From positions 29,202,001 to 29,266,000 of the forward strand of contig OZ024758.1 of the NCBI GenBank assembly GCA_964016885.1: 64,000 bases of DNA, in the 5' to 3' direction. A program made the position numbers and the translations under genes. The notes under the pieces are model-generated. The model did not search any database. It worked only from the letters and a program-made list of their open reading frames with translations, and was not told the DNA's origin. This stretch comes from Eledone cirrhosa (taxonomy: Eukaryota). This document shows positions 12,588 through 25,899 of this stretch, one piece after another (the stretch's first letter is position 1; every line of letters starts with the position of its first letter).

Positions 12588-14409
12588 TACTCTATTTTTA
12601 TTATATTTTCATGGTAAAGGCTTTATCTCACATAACTATTTCACACAATATCGAATCTATGAGATTTTGATGCTATTTATTTTGAGAAAAATACCTTAAC
12701 ATCAGTATGAGCAGTTGGTTACAACTGGTTTGAACTGAAAGAGGTGAGAGAATTTTGGCCGGGTGCGGCTGGTTTAAATGCGAAAGGGTTAAGCTGGAGA
12801 AAGCATGCCAAATAGAGAATGTTTGAGCAAGATGAGTCTTCTAAATAGTACGCTTAATTTTAAAGTTGCCTTGAATTTTTAGTAGTGCCTTATGGTGAGC
12901 CTACTGCTTGTAGTGCCTTATATGTGGCCTACTGCTTGAAGGTCGCTGATGCCTATACTCTTCTATTCTAAGCAGTTGTGTGCAGTTTTATTGTAGCAAT
13001 TTCTCCAACTGATTGGAAGTAATGGTCGACCAGAGATTGGAGAGGAACTTATCAAAGGATGGGCCCTTTTCCTCAATGGGCTTGTGGCTTAAGACTTACA
13101 AAAACACTATGCTGGCCTGTTAAAGGGCTTGTCTGGTTCCAGCCAGACCTCTAGATGTGTAGGAACTAGTGAGAGGTTACAAGCAGGATGGCCAATATCA
13201 CTGAGGAATAGGCTGAAAGGAAACTATCCCAAAAGAAATTGGGCAGAGGTGTAGTACAGTGGTGGTGTGGTGTGGTGTAGTGTAGTACAGAGGTGGCAAA
13301 AGAATCACTACTGTGATTTATTACTACCTGACTGTTGTGTCTTGGCCTCAGTTTTCATCTCACCAGATTGGAGCATATACTCTTTGGCTTCTTGTGGGAG
13401 GATCACATTCTACTGATCAGAAGCAACATCTGCTGCCAAGAACCTCTGTGAGGAGGGCTTAGTTGGCTTTGGCCCCTGATGCGCTGGCAAGCATTTGTGT
13501 GATCACTCTTTGTCAGGAGTTTTTCCACAGCTTGTCTTTTAATGGAGCTGCAGTCCTGGGTTAAGCATAGGATACCTGTCATCTAGAATGTTGCCAGGCA
13601 CTTACAGTTCTTTACTAATCAGGAAAAGCAGCCAGTGGTATGTTAGCTCTTGTATTCTATAATGGTAGGAAAGTTCTTGGGTTGATTCTTACAAAGATTG
13701 ACTGAACAGTCTGTCCAGTGAAACTTTAATAAAGAGGTTGATCTAATACACAACATTTGTTACCATAATTACACCGAGAAAAGAAAGTAAAGGAAAAAGT
13801 CGGCTGCAGGGTAAATTCAAACAATAGAACAGTTAAGTTTTGATAAATACCTGTAAGTGCTTTTATACTTAATTCTTTTTGGCCTTGTGTACTTGAAAAT
13901 GATTTTATAAAAAATATTTCTCTAAACTTGTTCCCCAAAGTATTCATTATCATCATTTAATATCCGTTTTCACAGAAGTATTCTGTAATATTGTTTTAAT
14001 TCTTTTTTTAAATTCTCCAGAGATAAAAAATTTCTTACAGCTTTGTTTTGGATAAATATTTTACAAGTTAACCACTTTAGGTCTGTGTGACTAGACAGGG
14101 TTTGTGTCTCATCAAACATTCCAATCTAAGCAATTTATCAAGACCATAATTATTTTGGTCAAACTACAAACACCAAGATATACTGTTGCAGAAATCATGA
14201 CAAAAAAAACAAACTTAAAAATGAAAACCACAATTTCCAAGTCAGTAATTTTACTATCATCATTGTCATCATTTTATGCTGGCATAGCTTGGATAGGACA
14301 TCATAGTCGAAGGGTAGACAGTTCGGAAAGACCACATCTTGCACATATGTTGCATGGCTTTAAACAGCTGAATGCCTTTCCTAATGCCGGTCACTTTATA
14401 GAGTGTGCT

Positions 14410-14990
14410 TGATGTATTTTATTGTGGCACCAAACACTGTCTATCAACATACACTGGATGTATTTTATTGTGGCACCAAACACTGTCTATCAACATACAC
14501 TGGATGTATTTTACTGTGGCACCAAACACTGTCTATCAACATACACTGGATGCATTTTATTGTGGCACCAAACACTGTCTATCAACATACACTGGATGCA
14601 TTTTATTGTGGCACCAAACACTGTCTATCAACATACACTGGATGCATTTTATTGTGGCACCAAACACTGTCTATCAACATACACTGGATGTATTTTATTG
14701 TGGCACCAAACACTGTCTATCAACATACACTGGATGTATTTTATTGTGGCACCAAACACTGTCTATCAACATACACTGGATGTATTTTATTGTGGCACCA
14801 AACACTGTCTATCAACATACACTGGATGTATTTTATTGTGGCACCAAACACTGTCTATCAACATACACTGGATGTATTTTATTGTGGCACCAAACACTGT
14901 CTATCAACATACACTGGATGTATTTTATTGTGGCACCAAACACTGTCTATCAACATACACTGGATGTATTTTATTGTGGCACCAAACACT
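14410..14990. repeat. 46-bp minisatellite (TGGATGTATTTTATTGTGGCACCAAACACTGTCTATCAACATACAC)n, about 12.5 copies
   Basis: Direct periodicity; 46-aa period in all three overlapping ORFs. Confidence 0.97.
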
Positions 14991-16099
14991 AGAGAAGTTG
15001 TCCAATCCTTGACAGGACCAAAGAATCTTCTTTATCTTACATTATTGTAAAATAGGAAATATTCTGTTTGGCAAGGAATAAAAGACAAACATTTTAACCT
15101 TCCTTATGGTAGATAACACTGTTAGTTCATGTATAAAAAGTATGTTCCGGGGCATTGAATTTCAAATACTAACCAGCATTAACCTTTACATTACTCTATA
15201 TTTACTATTGCATTTTCATGAGAAACACTTATCTCACATAATATTGAATCTACAAGATTTTGATACTATTTATTTTGAGAACAATACCTTAACATAAGTT
15301 TGTGCAGCTGGTTATGGCCAGTTTGAACAGAAAGAGGTGAGAGAATTCAACTTCTTAATCATGAACATGATTAAGAACAAGTACAGGCTGCAATTTCAAA
15401 CACTGAAGGAGGATGAACTTGAGGGTGTACTTGTTAATTAGCTGACCTCAAACAAGAGACATCAACATTCACAAGTTTCCCCATTTTAAGAAAACTAAAA
15501 ACTTCTCTCTTATTTTTACTTCTTATTTTTTGACTTGCTTTATATTTAGTTTAAATAGAAAACAATAAGCAGTAGCTACCTTGTTTTCAAGCATTGTTGA
15601 AAGCATTCAAACTGAGCATTAAATATTATCACTGTTTTATTTCCCTGTTCTATGCTATGTATAACCCTTTAGCATTTAAACCAGCCATATCCAGCCAGAA
15701 TTCTCTCACTACTTTCTGTTGTAACAGGCTGCTTTCACTTATGTTAAGGTATTGTTCTCAAAATAAATAAATATCAAAATTTCATATATTCGATATTATG
15801 TGAGGTGAAGCCTTTACCGTGAAAATATAATAGTAAATATAGAGTAATGTAAATGGTAAAAGGTTAATATACTAATGTTTAAAATTATTCATTAATATTA
15901 CTTAAAATGTATTAATGTTTAAATCTATTTATTAATATCATTACAATTATTCTTATTTAGCTAGAATTCATGCTTTTGAAATTAGCATACAAATATTTTT
16001 TTATATTTGTACACTCCTTATAGCTAGTGTACATTCAACTTGGTTGTATTTGACTGTTATTTCTAGCAAATAGTTTCCCAACTTGGCGTAATAGATCAT

Positions 16100-17019
16100 A
16101 TTCGATATTATGTGAGGTAAAGCCTTTACCGTGAAAATATAATAGTAAATATAGAGTAATGTAAATGTTATGCGAGATATTATGTGAGGTAAAGCCTTTA
16201 CTGTGAAAATACAATAGTATATATAGAGTAATGTAAATGTTATGAGATATTATGTGAGATGAAGCCTTTACCGTGAAAATACAATAGTATATATAGAGTA
16301 ATGTGAATGTTATGAGATGAAGCCTTTACCGTGAAAATACAATAGTAAATATAGAGTAATGTAAATGTTATGAGATATTATGTGAGATAAAGCCTTTACT
16401 GTGAAAATACAATAGTATATATAGAGTAATGTAAATGTTATGAGATATTATGTGAGATAAAGCCTTTACTGTGAAAATACAATAGTATATATAGAGTAAT
16501 GTAAATGTTATGAGATATTATGTGAGATAAAGCCTTTACTGTGAAAATACAATAGTATATATAGAGTAATGTAAATGTTATGAGATATTATGTGAGATAA
16601 AGCCTTTACTGTGAAAATACAATAGTATATATAGAGTAATGTAAATGTTATGTGAGATATTATGTGAGATAAAGCCTTTACTGTGAAAATACAATAGTAT
16701 ATATAGAGTAATATAAATGTTATGTGAGATATTATGTGAGGTAAAGCCTTTACTGTGAAAATACAATAGTATATATAGAGTAATATAAATGTTATGTGAG
16801 ATATTATGTGAGGTAAAGCCTTTACTGTGAAAATACAATAGTATATATAGAGTAATATAAATGTTATGTGAGATATTATGTGAGGTAAAGCCTTTACTGT
16901 GAAAATACAATAGTATATATAGAGTAATGTAAATGTTATGTGAGATATTATGTGAGGTAAAGCCTTTACTGTGAAAATACAATAGTAAATATAGAGTAAT
17001 GTAAATGCTAAAGGGTTAA
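16100..17019 (+). repeat. 70-72-bp tandem array built from the subterminal part of the TTAA MITE, ending in the intact MITE terminus
   Basis: Unit GATATTATGTGAGGTAAAGCCTTTACTGTGAAAATACAATAGTATATATAGAGTAATGTAAATG matches the MITE; last unit ends GCTAAAGGGTTAA. Confidence 0.93.
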
Positions 17020-18615
17020 GGGACAGCTTTTTTAACGCTAAATTTGTCAGTTTCCTACACATTGAAGGTATAAATATAACTATAGAGTAATATATCTATA
17101 CTATAGTATGGTGTGGACTTGTAACTCCTTAGGGAATTGTAGTAGCACTATATTGACATACTGCATTTTTAGGGCATTTTTAACCTGGCAGAGCCCAGCC
17201 CCTCACCAGGCCTGAATGCAGCAGATTTCCTCTAGGGAACGGTAGAGACAGAAAGGAAATGAGAAAAAGATATAGAGGAAAAATCGACCTCAGTACTAGA
17301 CTGGTACTTATTGACCTTGAATTCACGAAAGACAATGACCTCGATTTGAACTGAGAGAGCAGTGAGACGGAACAAAACATAAAGCACTCTATCTAATGTT
17401 CTAACTCTGCCATATACATATACCATACACAATCCATTTATGAGTATATCTGTTCATTTAAATAAGTATGCCTAACTAAATATATTTCAATACCTAATTA
17501 ATACCAATATTGATATTTTTCTTCAAAAAGCTTAATTATTTATATTATAAAAAAATAACGAATCAATTATAGGTATTAGATGTGGTTGAAAACATTTGTA
17601 AATATATGGTAATCACTGTTCAACATGATACAAAATAACTCGTCTGAACTCTTCAATGTGAGGATCAATACCCATTTTTTAATATTAGGTTAAACTTTTG
17701 TTCCATAAAAATCTTTTAAGTACCACTATAACTTTTTTTCCCCAAATTTTTTTCTTTAACCCTTTAGCATTTAAACCGGCCATATCTAGCCAGAATTTTC
17801 TTATCTCTTTCTGTTCAAACTGACCATAATCGGTTGCTCATACTGATGTTAAGGTATTGTTCTCAAAATAAATTACATCAAAATCTCAGATCCAATATTA
17901 AATGAGATAATTATGTCAGATAAAGCCTTTGCCAGAAAAATACAATAGTATATTTATAGAGTAAATGCTAAATGGTTAAAATAAGGGTGCATTTTATACA
18001 TAAGACATGCTGAAAATAGGATAATTTCATTCATTTTTCAATGGGGGAAGTGGGGTTTATGAGAGCGCTGTAATTACTGCCTTTTCTCCTAAGACTAACA
18101 AGTAAGACTATTTAATTTGCACTCTCTCTAAAATTTTGCATAATTATGCAAGAAATATTTGATCCCAATATTAACCAAGAAGTTAAGATGAAAGCAATTG
18201 TCATCTGTCTATGAATATATTCTGTACATATTGACATAAACATGGGTGGTGGATTGGCAGAATCCATAGAGCGTTGGACAACATGCTTTGCAGCATAGAG
18301 TTATGTCCCTTTACAATCTAAGTTCAAATCCCACTGAAGTTAACTTTGCCTTTCATCCTTACAAGGTCGATAAAATAAAGTACCAGTAACACACGGGGGT
18401 TAATTTAGCCTTGTGCCTAAATCTGAAACCATTATAATGACATAAACAGTACTGCAATAAAACTATGTGAATACATTTCTAATACATTTGTTATTCTATA
18501 ACTAATTATAACCAACTAATTATAACCAACTAATTCAAATTTCAAAAGAAAGAGAAATTATTTTCAATAGTAATCATTGATTAAAAAGAATTTGGTAATT
18601 TCTGCAATACTAAAG

Positions 18616-19195
18616 CAGTGGTTCCCAACCTTTTTAGTACAAAAAACTCTTCTTCTTTGTCCACTTATTCCTGAGAGGGTCATGGGGGCAGAGTCCTCAA
18701 ACACTCCTTCCAGCGGGTCCTGTCAGAAGCAGCTGTCTCCAATGGATCTAGCTAGATCCCCAAGAGCTGTTCTGCGTGAGAACGGGTCGCAGGTGGCATA
18801 TAGCGATACGACCATCGGATATGATGGCTAGTTGGGATATAAGTGGGCAACTGCCGGACGAATAAGCAGCCCTTGACCAACAACAGTAAACTACTAGCAG
18901 GGGAGATGGAGCAATGGGTGACACATGTAGCTCCCAAGAAACTCTCACAGTGATGTAGCTACAAAAAACTCCTTTTATTTAAATGAATTTTCCCCCAACA
19001 GAACCCCACCCTACTATAATTACTTCCACCTGGATTGTTATACAGCAAGAATAGCAATGAAAAGAGAGAAATGTTTAAATTTAAAGAAGAATGTATACAC
19101 AGTGGTGTGTGTATATTGTTTTTAACAAAGTACTTGAAATTTTAAACTGGGCTCATACTCCCAAGAATCTCTGGTCCCCAGCTTGGAAAATACTG
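18616..19195. mobile_element. hAT (Charlie/Buster-like) MITE with an internal LINE-tail insertion
   Basis: CAGTGGTTCCCAACC...GCTTGGAAAATACTG termini; degenerate 8-bp flanks TACTAAAG/AACTAGAG. Confidence 0.55.
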
Positions 19196-20459
19196 AACTA
19201 GAGCATGTACTTAATCACACTGGACCAAAAATAGGAAACTAATTTACCAATTTCTTGGTTGTTGAGTGAGGGAAATTATGGTAGTTCTTGCACAATAATT
19301 ATCTTTGCCATTAGCTCACTTCATCATGGAACTCTTACCCAATTTTCCAAAATTCACAGAACCCATAACTATTAACCCTTTAGTGTTTAAACCGGCCATA
19401 TCTGGCCAGAATTCTGTCACCCCTTTCTGTTCAAACCGGCTGTAACAGGCCACTCATACTGATATTAATGTATTGTTCTCAAAATAGATAATAAAGTCTT
19501 TACCTCAAAAATTCAGTAGTAGATATAGAGTAATGTAAATGCTAAAGGGTTAAAAGACAGCTTAGTTCATGGAAACCCGGGGTTTCATGAAATAGAGCAG
19601 ACTAGCATAATTGTGAAGTTGGTGAGATTGTTGATTTCTTAGTGTCTACCTAAGTGGTTCGGTTTTTTAAAATGTATATTTGCAGATGGTATATAACTAG
19701 ATGTCATGTTATGTAGAAGCAGTGATTTAATTAGCAGAGTTGTTAGAATGTCAGATAGAATGGTTTGCAGTATTTGTTCCAGCTCTCTATGTTCTGTATT
19801 TGAAATCCACCGAGGTCAATTTTGTTTTTCATTCTTTTGAGATCGATAAAGTACTAGTCCAGTAGTGGGGTTGATTCTTTCTTACTTCCTCTCTATCACT
19901 TTTTCCCTGCCTCTGGAGGAAATCTGCTGTGAGCTCTGCCAGGTGTAAAATGCCCAAGAAACGCTGTGTCTCTACAGTACCGACTCCACCAGGAGTTACA
20001 GATACATATACACAAGTTATGTGGGAAATTGTGGTTTTAAAAGCAAGATAGGATAGCATGTATACATAGTGTGGGTGTTAGTGATGTAATTATCAGAGCA
20101 TTAAATTCCTCTATTAATAAACAAAACTTGACTTTACTTTCCCTACCAACATTATTGGCTTTGTGCTTGAATTAGAATCCAATATTAGCCTAAAGTAGAA
20201 ACAATTATTATCTCACCTCTTTCTGTTCAAACCGGCTGTAACTGGCCACTCATACTGATGTTAAGGTATTATGTTAAATAATATCAAAACCTTGTAGACT
20301 CAATATTATATGATATTATATTATATGATATTTATAATACAAATATAAATGCTAAAGGGTTAAAGGACTCCAGTAAAGTGGTTTTGTATGCAAAACACTA
20401 TCTCACAACTGTAAGAACACAACAAAAATATGAGAAACAATACTGAATCATCATTATTC

Positions 20460-21300
20460 TTAAGACATGAGCTCTGACAATGTGGGGGAATGCTCTCTGG
20501 TGTGCAAAAACTCAAGTGCAAGCTGCTTCATAGTCTCAATGGACAGAATGGAGAAAGTATTTCTCCAGAGGATAGCAAGGAAGACATGTTGAAATAGCCA
20601 TTCCATCTTGTGAGACTCACTCCTGCAGGTGGCCAACTCTGCCTTGATAGTAATGAGTAAGAAGGTGGTGTGGAGGCAGTCCAAGAACATTGGCAAGCAA
20701 AGATAGTGAGATACACGCCACCGTCTAGCTTTCTACTGTGAACCAAATTAACACAAAGGTGACATTGCGGTGTAATATGAGTAGGTGGTGTGGAGATAAC
20801 CACAAAGGGGGATACATGTGTTCATGAGGGGAGGTGTCAGCATGGATTTACATGTGGTTACAACTCCTCAATATCTCAGCTATATCCCCTCGCCAGAGAA
20901 ACGCAAGCAATGAAACTAGCAGTGTAAAACAGGAAGCCCCCAGCAAAAAACACTTAAGAGCTTTCTACTCCATGGAGCTGGAAAGAGAAAGAGAGAGGTG
21001 TTTGCAAACAGTCGCAGATCTCAAAAGATGTTCCAATAGTAGCACCAGTTGAAGTTCCAGAAATGGCAGAGATTATCTTGTCCTCAGTGTCAAAAGGGGG
21101 CAAGGATGAATTCTCTTCCCCTCTCCTAGTAGTAGCACCCTGTTTACTTGTAACAGTGGGGAGGGAGTCAAGAGTTGCTGATTGTTGCAGGAAAAACAAA
21201 GAAGGAACAGAAAAAGGTGTGTATAATAGAGAACCCCGCTATCCAGGATGACATGGAGTTGATAACTGGGAGATTGAGCAATATGTCTCTTGAATTAGAG
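20460..21300 (-). mobile_element. Possible decayed non-LTR ORF1/gag-like remnant
   Basis: Higher GC, frameshifted Cys/His-containing pieces (CHLC...H) and a Ser/Pro/Thr-rich stretch; weak. Confidence 0.25.
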
Positions 21301-21632
21301 CTAACTATAATACCAATACTGATGATGGTGTGTTATTTGATGTGGAAGGGATAGAGAAAGATAAACTATAGGATGTTAGTGAAGACTATATCAATAATTT
21401 ACCATAGTATAAAATAGAAACCTTCAGGTTTATGATTTTTACCATGGTTGATCCCCAAAATATTCACAGGCATGTTTAGGTGCACCAAGTTTTAATATAA
21501 GCAGTGACAGGTGGGCTGAGCTGAGAGAGAGCAAGAAAAATGTGAGAGGAGGAGCTTGGATCCTAAATACCATGTTATGTTGCAAATAACATCTTAATGA
21601 AATATTTTTAGTTAATCCCTCCAAATTCTTCA

Positions 21633-22073
21633 TTAACTCTTTAGCATTTACATTACTCTATATATACTATTGTATTGTCACAGTAAAGGCTTTACCTCAC
21701 ATAATATCTCACATACCATTTACATTACTCTATATATACTATTGTATTTTCACAGTAAAGGCTTTACCTCACATAATATCTCACATAACATTTACATTAC
21801 TCTATATATACTATTGTATTGTCACAGTAAAGGCTTTACCTCACATAATATCTCGCATAACATTTACATTATTCTATATATACTATTGTATTTTCACAGT
21901 AATATATAATACTATTGTATTTTCACATAATATCGAATCTATGAGATTTTGATATTATTTATGTTGACAATAATACCTTAACATTAGTATGAGCGGCCAC
22001 TTAGAGCTGGTTTGAACAGAAAGACATGAGAGAATTGTGGTTGGATATGGCCAGTTTAAATGCTAAAGAGTTA
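21633..22073 (-). mobile_element. TTAA MITE carrying about 3.5 tandem copies of the same 72-bp subterminal unit
   Basis: Both termini present (TTAACTCTTTAGC...GCTAAAGAGTTAA) with internal repeats. Confidence 0.88.
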
Positions 22074-22549
22074 ATAAATTCAAATATTGTGTATTTTATT
22101 AAAGATTCCATAATAAAAGGGTTAGTGGTTCATTACACATTAAACAAAGAGTTGTAATGTGTTGGGATTGGAATTTAGGGAGTACTTAAATCATAGACTG
22201 CTAGTAAAAACCTGCAGTTTCTGAACATCTAAGTTGTAACTTCCTAGTCAACGTGGGAGACTAGTTTTTGCTCAGTTTGACACCAAAGGTGCCCTTGGTA
22301 CTTTCAGGTAAATCAGTTTCAACAAATTACAGAAGGTTGTTGGGGAATTCTCTATCCCAACTTAGCTGTTGGCTTCTCATCCAGGAGTGGGTAGCTCACC
22401 TAAATTGCGTTTTCATTATTTAAATTATATCTTGTAATGTTTTCTATAATTTTATATTTATTTGGTTCTTTAACCTTTGTCAGATGTTTAATATGTCTGT
22501 TGTATAACGTCCTTATTATCCCTTGTATAATGTCCTTTTGAAGGTCCTT

Positions 22550-22853
22550 TTGTGGTTAGGGTATTTGGTTGAAGATCGTAAGGTGGTGAGTTTCATTCCC
22601 AGCGGCGCATTGTGTCCTTGAGCAAAATACTTTATTTTACGTTCCTCCAGTTCACTCAGCTGGCAAAAATGTGTTGTACCTGTAAATTCAAAGGGCCAGC
22701 CTTGTCACATTCTGTCACACTAAATCTCCCTGAGAACTACATTATGGGTATGCATGTTTGTGGAATGCTCAGCCACTTGCACGTTAATTTCATTAGCAGG
22801 CTGTTCCGTTAATCATACCAACAGGAATACTCGTAGTAACCGACGGAGTGCCG
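22550..22853 (+). mobile_element. SINE family C (tRNA head, CCTTGAGCAA core, distinct 3' half)
   Basis: Degenerate A/B boxes; core shared with family B; 3' region differs (GCTCAGCCACTTGCACGTTAA). Confidence 0.7.
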
Positions 22854-23017
22854 CTGAAATAACGCCCTTATCACCTCTTGTATCTAAGTATAACATCTGT
22901 TGTATAATGTCCTTATGAAATAATAATGAAAATTATTGTGTACAGTGCTCGGGTGCACTACATCCCTTTTATCTATGTATGGACCTTTGTGGCTAATAAA
23001 GATATTTTATTTTTCAG

Positions 23018-23059
23018 GCCAGCTTCTCTTTTCAAAGCTTTGGTAAAAAAAAGAAAGTA
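23018..23059 (+). CDS. CYC1: Cytochrome c1 exon 2, 42-nt small exon (ASFSFQSFGKKKKV)
   Basis: ttttatttttcag| acceptor and |gtaagt donor, phase 0-0; supplies the basic cluster before the hydrophobic sorting segment. Confidence 0.68.
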
Positions 23060-24151
23060 GTAAGTAAATTTCTTTTATCTTTACCTTTCATTATAATAAA
23101 AAACTATATTGATAGAAATAAGAAATGGATAACTAATGTCGTCTCTAAAAATTAATTTTGTGTTATCTTAATTGGTCATTAACGATCATTAACAGTAAAC
23201 CCTTTAACATTGAAATTACTTTATATATACTCCAAACCCATGCAAGCGTGGAACATGGACGTTAAACGATGATGATGATACTATGGTATTTTTGTGGTAA
23301 ACACTTTATTTCAGATAATGATCTCACATAATATTGAATCTACAAGATTTTGATATTCTTTTTTGAGAACAATACCTTAATGTTGTATGTGCAGCTGGTT
23401 ATGGCCAGTTTGAACAGAAAGAGGTGAGAGAATTCTGGCCGGATAGAACCGGTTTAAATGTGAAAGGGTTAAACTTAGCTTACCAAACTGACAAAATCAG
23501 GTTCCACTCTTGTAATGAGTTGTTAGTTGTGATCTTTTATTGAATCTTTGCTAATATTTTATTTAATTCTATTGCCATGTGTGTCTCAAACATTTTGTTA
23601 CAAAAGAGAACACTGGAGATAGTATAAACATGTGAAAACTATGATTTTGTGAAGAAATTATTTTACTTGGAGCAACCAGGGCAAACTATATAAACTTTGA
23701 AAACTTGAAAATTCTTAGTAGAACCTAAGATGAAATAAACCTACAAAAAGTAATATATTATTTTTTATAAATGCTTAGAAATATGCACACTGATAAAGTG
23801 TATACTGATCTTTCTAGAATGTGACCTGAATGTCATTGCTTTTCTGCTCTTGACTTCATCTTTACAACCAACCTTTACTAAAAGTTAAATGTGTTGCGAA
23901 GAGGAAGATATTTAGAGAGATCCTTGATTTGCTTTTCTGCAAATAATCTAATAATTTTTACGTCTGCTTTTCTATGTTGGTAATAGGTTGAACAAGAGTT
24001 TTTTCAGGCAGTTTTTCTACAATCAGATGCCTTTCTAAGCCAGTTGATACATCTATCTATACTGTAATAAAGGGAGGAGTGCGCGACAGCATACGGTTTA
24101 TATCTTTTTATCTAGTTAGTAAAATAAGTTGGATTACTTTGAATAAATAAT

Positions 24152-24339
24152 TGTTTCTACTTTTGGCACAAGGCCAGCAATTACCCAGTACATTACTGGT
24201 ACTTTATTTTATCGACCCCGTAAGGATGAAAGGCAAAGTCAACCTCGGCGGGATTTGAACTCAGATCGTAAAGGGACGTAACTATGCTGGAAAGCATGGC
24301 GTCCGACCCTCTACCGATACTGCCAATTCACCGCCCTCC
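24152..24339 (-). mobile_element. Full-length SINE family A with an 18-bp target-site duplication
   Basis: TTACTTTGAATAAATAAT at 24134-24151 and 24340-24357; A box TGGCAGTATCGG and B box GAGTTCAAATCCC on the minus strand. Confidence 0.92.
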
Positions 24340-24754
24340 TTACTTTGAATAAATAATGAATGAATATTACATAATTTATCTACTAAATTTCGTGGCTGTT
24401 GATTAAATATAAATAATTTTATTGTGTATTTAAAATTGACTTCTTTTAAAAGTTTCAAATTTCTACATGGTATGTCGCTGCCATCACTTCAACTACCATA
24501 TATAGACAGTGACAGAGAGAGAGTGTGTGATGAGATACAGATAGTGATTTTGTGACAGATATATATATATATATGAGAGAGAGATGAAGAGATGAGGCTT
24601 TTTTTCAACACACTGACGTGCATGTGTGTGCTTGTGTGTATGTGCATATACATACATCTATATGTATGAGTATATAACTATAATCATGCAAACACAGACA
24701 AACTTACAAAAATACACGCTCACGGACATACATTCACACAAACACATACATCTG

Positions 24755-25160
24755 AACGCCTTGCTTCCCTGGGCATGGATACATTGAAGCTCCGACGCCT
24801 GGCAACTGACTTGGTAAACACCCTCAAAATTATTAACCATCTTGCCAACAACAACCCTGAGTACTTTTTTGATCTCCATGACTTTCGGAAACATTTTTTC
24901 ACGCTCAGAGTTGCTGAAGCATGGAACAAACTACCTGCATCAGTTGTTAGCTGTCGAGACACTGCATCCTTTAAGGCCTCCATGCTTCCTGAGATTCGCC
25001 AACACTACACCTAATGTTTCCCCGCCATACACATATGTATTTCATGACTCATACACTATTCACTTCCCTGACATTTGTATATTATTCTATGTACTATACA
25101 TGCACCTTTGACGAGTTGTAGTGCACCTGAGCACTTTACACAATAATTTCATTATTATTA
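24755..25160 (+). mobile_element. CR1-like LINE 3' fragment
   Basis: RKHFFTLRVAEAWNKLPASVV...ASFK matches the CR1 ORF2 C-terminus; (ATT)n tail. Confidence 0.85.
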
Positions 25161-25899
25161 TATACATTCACACATACATTTACACAAACACATGCACACA
25201 TTTACACAAACACATTCACACATATACATTTGCACAAACACACATATATATTTACACAAACACACATATACAGTTATGATAGCGTTTGATAAATTGGAAA
25301 TGGGAGTGTAAAATGAAGTACAACTTTTTATTTATTTATTAACAACACAGTTTAACTCTTCTTTTTTTAAAACTCATTTGTATAAAAATTTAATATAATG
25401 GTTACAGAACGAAAGCAAACAAATATAATATATACAAAGGAAAGGGAAGGAAGAGAAAAAAACACATCTAAGACCACATAGAACAATATGCAGGTGAAAG
25501 GGGTGGACAAACGAGTCGCTACCAGAGCAAAATATAACAGTATAGCGAGGAGCACTGGGAAACGTCTCTAATAATTTTTGAGGCAAGCCAGCACGCTCAC
25601 AGCGTTACCTGGGGTGATGTCGAGGCTGAGGTGCTGGAACAACCAAGTGCCCTCACGAGCATCACTAGTTACCTCTGTTTTGTGAGTAAGTGGGTGAAGA
25701 AGATATTGTCAATTTACTTTTCAATTTACATATATCTATATGCATATATATTTGCGTATAATACCAATATGCACACTACATATGCTAGCAGAAAACCGCC
25801 AGCCGGGCGGTTTTTCTTCTAGTATTTATCATGTGTCAAGTGCACAGAAATAGTGTGTAGTAGGAGCAGCTGTGAAGTGCACCTTTTTCAACCTCAGGA

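Noticed and set aside
13000-13700. GC-richer stretch in intron 1 as a nested gene
   Set aside because: No ORF or convincing splice structure; probably a decayed retroelement
14403-15050. Three overlapping ORFs of about 200 aa
   Set aside because: 46-bp minisatellite without stops; same peptide in every frame
25790-25820. Hairpin plus T-run resembling a rho-independent terminator
   Set aside because: Eukaryotic intron; better explained as a Helitron-type 3' hairpin
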